Shown here piece after piece: positions 57,195-64,000 of a stretch of DNA of 64,000 nucleotides. Location: the sequence record OR142618.1, one strand, 5' to 3'. The position numbers and the translations under genes were made by a program. The notes beneath the pieces were generated by a model. That model did no database searches and had not been told where the DNA came from. It was given only the letters and a program-made list of their open reading frames with translations. How positions within the stretch are numbered: position 1 is the first letter of the stretch; the number at the start of each line of letters is the position of its first letter.

Positions 57195-58301
57195 ATGACA
57201 GTGAAGTTCGAACATATCCTAAACGAACAAACTTCTTTAAGTGCAGAAGTAAAATCTGCTATTACAGAAGCATGGGAAGCTCGTATAGGACAAGTAAAAG
57301 AAGAACTCACTGCTGAGCTTCGTGAAGAATTTGCTCGTAAGTTTGCACACGACAAAGAACAACTTGTCGAAGCAATGGACAAATTCTTAGAAGAAAAAAT
57401 CCGCAGTGAAATCGAAGAATTTGCTCAAGACAAACGAGAACTAGCTGCCGAACGAGTTCAAGCTAAAATGCAAGTAAAAGAACATATCGAAATGCTCGAT
57501 AAGTTCTTAATAGATGCAGTTTCTAAAGAAGTCAAAGAACTTCGTGAAGATCGCCGTGCAATTAAAGGCAATCTAGAGAAACTAGAAGAGTTTGCACTCA
57601 CTAATCTTGCAACCGAAGTTAAAGAGCTTCGGGAAGAAAAGCAAGCATTAGTTCGTCAGAAAGTTAAATTAATTAGTGAAGCAAAAAAACAATTAGCAGA
57701 AACTAAAAAGCAGTTCATAAAGAAAGCGTCGCAAATAGTAGACACAAACATTAATAGCGTATTGCAAGAAGAAATAAAGCAATATAAAGAAGATATTGAT
57801 GCTGCTCGTCGAAATGACTTTGGACGTCGTTTATTTGAAGCTTTTGCTGCAGAGTACATGACTTCGCATCTAAACGAAGGTAGTGAACTTAAGAAACTCA
57901 AAAATATTCTTATACAAAAAGAAGAAGCCCTTAATGAAGCTTTATCTCATGTAGAAGAACGTGAAGCACTTGCAGAAAATCTACGCACTCGCATTTCTGT
58001 ATTAGAAGAGCGTGTTAAACGTAGCTCTGTAATGTCTGAATTGTTAGCTCCGCTAAATAAAGAAAAGCGTAGTGTAATGCAAGATCTTTTAGAGTCTGTA
58101 AAAACAGAACATTTAAAAGTTGCATATAACAAATATTTGCCAGCAGTGCTAGATTGTAGTGCAGCACCGGCAAGTAAAAAAGAAGCTCTAACTGAGTCAG
58201 CAAGAGCTGTAAAAACTGGTAACAGGGCGTCTAGCGTTGCCCAGCAAGATGACTCATCTGTAGGCGTTGAAGAATTAAGACGCCTAGCAGGCATTAAGTA
58301 A
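57195..58301 (+). CDS. gp22: Prohead scaffold protein, gp22-like
   Basis: Coiled-coil E/K-rich protein between protease and major capsid genes. Confidence 0.85.
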   Translation: MTVKFEHILNEQTSLSAEVKSAITEAWEARIGQVKEELTAELREEFARKFAHDKEQLVEAMDKFLEEKIRSEIEEFAQDKRELAAERVQAKMQVKEHIEMLDKFLIDAVSKEVKELREDRRAIKGNLEKLEEFALTNLATEVKELREEKQALVRQKVKLISEAKKQLAETKKQFIKKASQIVDTNINSVLQEEIKQYKEDIDAARRNDFGRRLFEAFAAEYMTSHLNEGSELKKLKNILIQKEEALNEALSHVEEREALAENLRTRISVLEERVKRSSVMSELLAPLNKEKRSVMQDLLESVKTEHLKVAYNKYLPAVLDCSAAPASKKEALTESARAVKTGNRASSVAQQDDSSVGVEELRRLAGIK

Positions 58302-58320
58302 TTAGGAGAATAACTTAAAA

Positions 58321-59508
58321 ATGTCTAATCGTCTATTTGAAAGCAACTGGGCTGCTACTAAAAGCGCCCTCACTGAAGGTCTAAAAGGTCAACGTAAGTC
58401 GACCATGGACGCAGTAATGGAAAACACTAAGCGTTTCTTAGTTGAAAATGCTTCCGCCGGTGCAACCCAAGCCGGTAACATAGCTACTATCAACAAAGTG
58501 ATGCTACCCCTAATCCGTCGTGTTATGCCTTCCGTTATTGCTAACGAAATTATGGGTGTACAGCCTATGACTGGTCCCGTAGGTCAGATACATACCCTAC
58601 GTGTTCGTTATGCTGATACTGCATCTGGTGTTCAAGCTGGTACTGAAGCACTAAGCCCGTTCGATATTGCAAAAGCATATTCCGGTAACGAAGCTTTAAA
58701 CAACAGCACTAACCCAGTTCCAGGCGCTGCCAACACTTCTCGTATGGAAGGTTTTGCTGGTAATCGCATGAACATTCAAATTCTAAAAGAAACCGTAGAA
58801 GCACGTACTCGTCGTCTAAGCGCTCGCTGGACCTTCGAATCTGCACAGGATGCTAACGCTCTTCACGGTATAGATATAGAAGCTGAAATCATGCAAGCTT
58901 TAGCTCAAGAAATTACCGTCGAAATCGACCAAGAAATGCTAAATCGTCTACGTATTTTAGCTGGTCCGGCTCCTGTAACTTATAACCAAGCTGCTGTATC
59001 TGGTACTGCTACTTATGTTGGTGATGAACATGCTGCATTAGCTGTAATGATCAACCAACAGGCTAACTTAGTTGCTGCTCGTACTCGTCGCGGCGCTGCT
59101 AACTGGGCTGTTATTTCGCCTAACGCACTAACTGTTCTACAGTCTGCAACTACTTCGACTTTTGCTCGTACTACTGAAGGTGTATTTGAAGCGCCTACTA
59201 ACGTTAAATTTGCAGGTACCTTAAACGGAACTATGCGCATTTATGTAGATACTTATGCTGCTGAAGATGAAAAAGTTTTAATCGGTTATAAAGGTTCGAC
59301 TGAAACTGATGCTGCTGCATTCTTCTGCCCGTATATTCCGTTAATGAGCACTGGTCCGGTAATTGATCCTACTACTTTCGAGCCTGTAGTATCATTTATG
59401 TCCAGATACGGTTACTTAGAACTCACCAATACTGCTAACTCGCTGGGTAACGGTGCTGACTATCTAAGTTCGATTGCTATAGATGCATCCACTCTTAAAT
59501 TCTTCTAA
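58321..59508 (+). CDS. gp23: Major capsid protein, T4 gp23-like
   Basis: GVQPMTGPVGQI, ARTRRLSARWT.E.AQD..HGID, FFCPYIPL, F.PVVSFMSRYG. Confidence 0.97.
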   Translation: MSNRLFESNWAATKSALTEGLKGQRKSTMDAVMENTKRFLVENASAGATQAGNIATINKVMLPLIRRVMPSVIANEIMGVQPMTGPVGQIHTLRVRYADTASGVQAGTEALSPFDIAKAYSGNEALNNSTNPVPGAANTSRMEGFAGNRMNIQILKETVEARTRRLSARWTFESAQDANALHGIDIEAEIMQALAQEITVEIDQEMLNRLRILAGPAPVTYNQAAVSGTATYVGDEHAALAVMINQQANLVAARTRRGAANWAVISPNALTVLQSATTSTFARTTEGVFEAPTNVKFAGTLNGTMRIYVDTYAAEDEKVLIGYKGSTETDAAAFFCPYIPLMSTGPVIDPTTFEPVVSFMSRYGYLELTNTANSLGNGADYLSSIAIDASTLKFF

Positions 59509-59543
59509 TAATAACAAGTTATACTTGTTATTCGAAGAATACC

Positions 59544-59575
59544 AAAAAAGTGTAGTAGAAATACTACACTTTTTT
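59544..59575 (+). terminator. Terminator after the major capsid gene
   Basis: AAAAAAGTGTAGTA-GAAA-TACTACACTTTTTT. Confidence 0.9.
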
Positions 59576-59625
59576 ATTGACTAGAAAAAAATAATTTGTT
59601 AGTATTATAAAAAACTATTTTATAT

Positions 59626-61203
59626 ATGTCAGACTTAATAATACAAATAAAAGAATTGATAAAAAGTAAACCAAAGCATTTCAGTGTTTTGATTAAAAAA
59701 GATTTAAAATTAGCAGAATTTGTAGAGCAACACTGCACTAATCCCTATAATACTGTGTATGCTGCTAAAGTGTATACTGCTATAACCGGCGAAAAAGAAG
59801 AATGCAAATACGGAAACACAAAAAAATTTAATTCAATAAATGACGGGTTTAGATTTTGTGGTACTGCATCCTCGTGCAAGTGTTGTAAAGAAAGTGTATC
59901 TAATAACTTAGTGCAATCAAAAAAGATAGAAAATAAAGAAATATCAAAGAAAAAGCGTGAAAAAACTAATCTAAAAAAATACGGAGTATCAAATACTGGG
60001 CAATCTGCTATTGCTCTACAAAATCATGCAAAATTTTACGAAAATAAACAAAATGTAGACAAAGTAACGTCTAAGATAAAGCACACTAAGTCAATAAAAT
60101 ACGGTAACAAAAATTTTAATGGTAATAAATGGTATTCTAAAATATCGGAAAAACTAAAAGAAAATAATTTATCTTTTACTATACAAGAACATGAATATAA
60201 AGGTATGGCAGAAACATATTGCATAAAATGTGGAACCTGTAATACCACTTTTATGTCTAAGGTTAGATATAGTAGTATACCGACTTGTGCAATATGTATG
60301 CCAGAATTGACAGTATGTAATTCAACACAAGAACAAGAATTATTTAATTTTATAAGACAACATTATTCTGGAGAAATAATAACTGGATCTAGAAAAATAT
60401 TAGATTCTGGAAAAAGTTTAGATATATACCTTCCTGAAAAAAATCTTGCGATAGAATATAATGAGCTTTATTGGCATGTAATAGATAACGATCGTTTACC
60501 GCACATAACTAAAACGTATCATTATGACAAATATATAGGTTGTAAAGAAAAGGGAATATCGTTAATTACTATATATGGACATTTGTATAACTCTAAAAAA
60601 ACTATAATAGAAAACAGATTACTTCATAAATTAGGCTATACACAAGAAACAGTATATGCTAGAAAATGTATTATTAAAGATGTGCCTTCTGCAGAAGAAA
60701 AAGAATTTTTGAATAAAACGCATATACAAGGTTATGTTCCGTCATCTATAAAATACGGATTGTATTTTAATGATGTATTAGTTGCATTAATGAGTTTCAT
60801 AAAATCATCTAACAGAAACATTTCGGGAAATAACAGATACGACTACGAATTGCTTAGATATGCAACATCTTGTTCAGTACTAGGCGGTGCATCTAAATTG
60901 TTTTCTCATTTTGTAAAGATTAATATTCCTAATTCTATAGTTTCATATTCACAAAATGAATGGAATACAGGCAATGTTTACCGTATATTAGGGTTCAAAC
61001 AAGAACCTAAAATAAACATAGGATATTGGTATGTAAGTCCGGATTTTTGTAAAGTATATCATAGGACTAATTATACTAAAAAGAAATTAATAGAACATGG
61101 CTTTAATTCAAATAAGTCAGAACACCAGATAATGGAAGAGCGTGGATTTAGACGACTATATGATTGTGGTAATACCAAATGGGTGTGGGAAAACAAAATA
61201 TAA
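59626..61203 (+). mobile_element. Free-standing Hef-like homing endonuclease (Vsr/PD-(D/E)XK core + C-terminal domain)
   Basis: LDIYLPEKNLAIEYNELYWH, YARKC..HIQG, GASKLF, YDCG motifs; own TTGACT-N17-TAGTAT promoter (59577-59605). Confidence 0.7.
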
Positions 61204-61254
61204 GTTTTTAAAATACAGAGTTGTGTTATACTTTAAAAATAAAAGGGGTTTTTA

Positions 61255-61719
61255 GTGTCAGACATAGTTGATATACGTTTTGAGTTTGTAGGATACGATT
61301 CAGACATAAAATACGTAAATAATTGCGAAAATAGTGGATGTTATGATGAGGGTATATGTCGTTGTGGACATTTTGAAGATACAGATATAAATGGTATACC
61401 AGATGATCCCGAATATATTTTTCCAACTAAAATGTCTGTATGGAGACGAGTAGGATATAATGGAATATATGATGATTACAAACATAGTTACTATGAAATC
61501 ACTGAATCCGATAGAAAATATTTTGCAAAAATAATGCATTTTATCGGTTATACACTAGATTCTTTTTATTTTGATATCGAATCGGGGTACTATGGCGAAG
61601 AAGGCGGAGATCTAGTACACGATAAACAGGGCTTGTTAAAATCTGCCATGATTGACATTTTAAATAGACCTGACGAAGAAGACAGATTGGTGTATTTATT
61701 ATCTAAAACTTGGGAATAA
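61255..61719 (+). CDS. Cys-motif hypothetical protein; paralog of the N-terminus of 61721..62419
   Basis: CENSGCYDEGICRCG and GYYGEE motifs. Confidence 0.8.
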   Translation: MSDIVDIRFEFVGYDSDIKYVNNCENSGCYDEGICRCGHFEDTDINGIPDDPEYIFPTKMSVWRRVGYNGIYDDYKHSYYEITESDRKYFAKIMHFIGYTLDSFYFDIESGYYGEEGGDLVHDKQGLLKSAMIDILNRPDEEDRLVYLLSKTWE

Positions 61720-61720
61720 T

Positions 61721-62419
61721 ATGGATACATTCATTACATTTTATGGCAGATACTATGCAAATTTAGATTACGAACTGCAACATAATTGTAATAACGATTG
61801 TATAGAAAGCGGCATATGCAGATGTTCTGTAATAACATCCCCTGTAGTGGTATCTATCAATAACTATAAAGTGTATGATATGGTCGAGGTGTTAGTAAAT
61901 AAACCCGATTTAAACGGAACACCTAGATGTGTTAGATATATGTATAGTCAAATAGAGCAATATTGTGTAGAAAGAATCATAACAAAACATAAAATTTTAG
62001 ACGGTTCACTATATTATGTAACTGTCGAACGTGGTTATTACGGTGATGAAATAGGTGACATAATCCATGAAAATGAACAAAATGCAATGGATGATATTTT
62101 AACGATGATTTCATTAAAAACCGATATAGAAAAACTACATTATGTTTTAATGTTAGAATACGGGTATATTGCTCCTATAATTTCTGAGTGTAAAAACTTG
62201 GCTATTAAAAAAGTATGTATAAACGATATAGTTCCTACTATTGCATATAAAAGTATGGAACCTCAGCATACCTATCATTTAGATGTATATGATGATATGA
62301 TAATGGGTGTGCTAAAGGGAAATAAATTGATTGATGGTAATCATAGATATTCATTTTATATGAATAAAATGAGAGATAAAAATAAAGATAACTTTGTATA
62401 TTATATAGAATTATCTTAA
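61721..62419 (+). CDS. Cys-motif protein with C-terminal ParB-like motif
   Basis: CNNDCIESGICRC, GYYGDE, LIDGNHRY. Confidence 0.8.
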   Translation: MDTFITFYGRYYANLDYELQHNCNNDCIESGICRCSVITSPVVVSINNYKVYDMVEVLVNKPDLNGTPRCVRYMYSQIEQYCVERIITKHKILDGSLYYVTVERGYYGDEIGDIIHENEQNAMDDILTMISLKTDIEKLHYVLMLEYGYIAPIISECKNLAIKKVCINDIVPTIAYKSMEPQHTYHLDVYDDMIMGVLKGNKLIDGNHRYSFYMNKMRDKNKDNFVYYIELS

Positions 62420-62429
62420 CGGTGTATAT

Positions 62430-62735
62430 ATGAAAACAATAGGCGTGGATTATGATGACACTATATCACAAGATGATAACGGATGGTTATCTGTATTACT
62501 TGCACTTGAGCATATTGGATACAGGGTTGTTATTGTTACTTACCGTAATCCTACCTGCTATCCAGAAGATCTTCAATTTTTAATAGACAAAGGATATAAG
62601 GTATACTTTACAAGTCAACATGCTAAAAGAACGTATATGGAAAATCTTGGCATAGATATAGATATTTGGATAGACGATAGTCCTGAATCTATATTATACA
62701 ATTACGATTCATATTTAGGTAAGTATATAAAATAA
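62430..62735 (+). CDS. HAD-superfamily phosphatase-like protein
   Basis: IGVDYDDTI (DxD), IVTYR, DIWIDDSP; terminator 62734-60. Confidence 0.8.
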   Translation: MKTIGVDYDDTISQDDNGWLSVLLALEHIGYRVVIVTYRNPTCYPEDLQFLIDKGYKVYFTSQHAKRTYMENLGIDIDIWIDDSPESILYNYDSYLGKYIK

Positions 62736-62795
62736 AAAAGGAGCATAATGCTCCTTTTTTATTGATAAATATATGCATCTTAAGGAATAAGGTGT

Positions 62796-64000
62796 ATGTC
62801 GAGTAAAATTAAATTCACGGATCAATATATCCTATCTAGTGTTGGGCAAACTTCTAATAATATAGTATATTTGCAAGTAAATGATGATCAGCAATTAGTT
62901 GTTACTCATCCTATGTATGCAACTGAATGGTCTACAATAGGTGGGCTTAGAGTAACAGGTGATCAGTCTAAATTTGATGGATCATTAGAAGTTGGATATG
63001 AATTGCTAGTAGGACAAACATCTACCTTTAACAACGACATGGTAGTAAACGGTTTAGTTACAGTAAACAGAGATTCTCTAGATGCAATGCTCATTCACGG
63101 GAATGTTACATTACATGGCAACTTAACTGTAGTAGGTAGCAGCTCAGGGACTACACCCGGGCAAGTAACTATTTCCGACAACATTATGGTCGTGAATACA
63201 GATGACGTAGGTCCGGGCGTCACTGCAACATATTCTGGTTTTGAAGTCCAGCGTGGAATTCCCGTAGGCGAAACTAATAGTCACGGTGAACCTGGCCAAG
63301 GTAAATTGCCTTCTGCTGGATTAGTTTGGAATGAAGTGCAAAAATCCTGGGATCTTAATTATAACCCTATTCTTTCTGAAAAATTACCACAAAATCCTAG
63401 AATAATTAACTTAGGGCAGCCAGTTGCTGACAACGATGCTTCTACAAAAAAATATGTGAATGATAGCATAACTGCTGCACTTGACGATGATATTTATTTA
63501 GATAGACTTACTGATGTAACAATTTCTTCTCCGGCTAATAAAAATATACTACAGTACGATTCTTCTACATCGCAATGGAGAAATTTACCATATTCGTTTA
63601 TACGATTAACGGATGTAACTGGTGTATCTGTCCCGAGAGGATATGTAAGATGGAATGCAGCAGGAACACAGTTAGTATATGAAACCACTATAGATTATGC
63701 ACAGTTAACTGGATTGTCTGATGTAGCTAAAGCAGGACAAGGGGCTCTAAGTTTTCTTAGTGATGTAACGTTATCATCGTTATCTAATACACAGGCATTA
63801 TTTTATAATGGAACCTCTTGGGTTAATAGACTAATTAATTACTCCGACATTCAAAATACTCCTACTAACAATTCGTATAGTTTTATTGGATTAAATGATA
63901 CAAATAATACAGTTGTTAATAACGGATATGTAAGATGGAATGCAGCAGGAACACAGTTAGTATATGAAACCACTATAGATTATGCACAGTTAACTGGATT
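62796..64000 (+). CDS. Tail fibre-like structural protein, truncated by the window end (not in ORF track)
   Basis: Open from ATG 62796 (MSSKIKFTDQY..) to the window end; DASTKKYV and LxDV fibre repeats; GATAAATA at 62764-71. Confidence 0.85.
   Translation, partial: MSSKIKFTDQYILSSVGQTSNNIVYLQVNDDQQLVVTHPMYATEWSTIGGLRVTGDQSKFDGSLEVGYELLVGQTSTFNNDMVVNGLVTVNRDSLDAMLIHGNVTLHGNLTVVGSSSGTTPGQVTISDNIMVVNTDDVGPGVTATYSGFEVQRGIPVGETNSHGEPGQGKLPSAGLVWNEVQKSWDLNYNPILSEKLPQNPRIINLGQPVADNDASTKKYVNDSITAALDDDIYLDRLTDVTISSPANKNILQYDSSTSQWRNLPYSFIRLTDVTGVSVPRGYVRWNAAGTQLVYETTIDYAQLTGLSDVAKAGQGALSFLSDVTLSSLSNTQALFYNGTSWVNRLINYSDIQNTPTNNSYSFIGLNDTNNTVVNNGYVRWNAAGTQLVYETTIDYAQLTG
63639..64000 (+). repeat. Exact 77-bp direct repeat in the fibre gene (63639-715 and 63924-64000)
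   Basis: Encodes GYVRWNAAGTQLVYETTIDYAQLTG twice with no synonymous change. Confidence 0.95.

Noticed and set aside
617-63688. Numerous antisense or alternative-frame ORFs in the track overlapping real genes (e.g. 658..1017, 2001..2552, 6600..7058, 9856..10530, 51211..51960, 57947..58294)
   Set aside because: Shadow ORFs of well-supported genes, with no RBS or recognisable motifs.
1-64000. Stop-codon reassignment, tRNA genes, reverse transcriptase or DGR template repeat, integrase
   Set aside because: Core genes read full-length in the standard code with TAA/TAG/TGA stops. No cloverleaf with a T-loop and CCA, no YxDD RT motif, no second copy of the 10150-10270 region and no recombinase motif were seen by eye.

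Overview
A 64-kb segment of an AT-rich jumbo myovirus genome with a T4-like head module. The gene set (giant baseplate proteins, gp55-like sigma next to gp47/gp46) resembles the RaK2/GAP32/XacN1-type jumbo phages; this is inference from protein recall, with no database search. Layout: (i) 1-11.3 kb, an early/accessory region of small genes, each with its own sigma70 promoter and terminator, with about 16 copies of a Fur-box-like motif and a candidate ~155-nt structured sRNA. (ii) 11.9-15.9 kb, arrays of tightly tiled, very AT-rich micro-genes. (iii) 16.9-43.2 kb, a minus-strand tail-fibre/baseplate cluster including a 3857-aa protein. (iv) 43.2-48.1 kb, late sigma, gp47/gp46, ParB-like and resolvase-like genes. 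(v) 48.3-49.5 kb, an ORF-free locus with a perfect sigma70 promoter, a ~900-nt transcript whose 5' and 3' ends pair and that has many nested helices, a terminator-like hairpin, and a cluster of perfect DNA palindromes. (vi) A tail/hub chaperone gene with a textbook -1 frameshift signal, then a tape-measure-like gene, portal, prohead core, protease, scaffold, major capsid, a Hef-like endonuclease and the start of a fibre gene. Top leads: the large structured ncRNA, the Fur-like box array, the 5.45-kb sRNA and the -1 frameshift. No tRNA, rRNA, CRISPR array or reverse transcriptase was seen. All structures were paired by eye and all protein calls are from motif recall.
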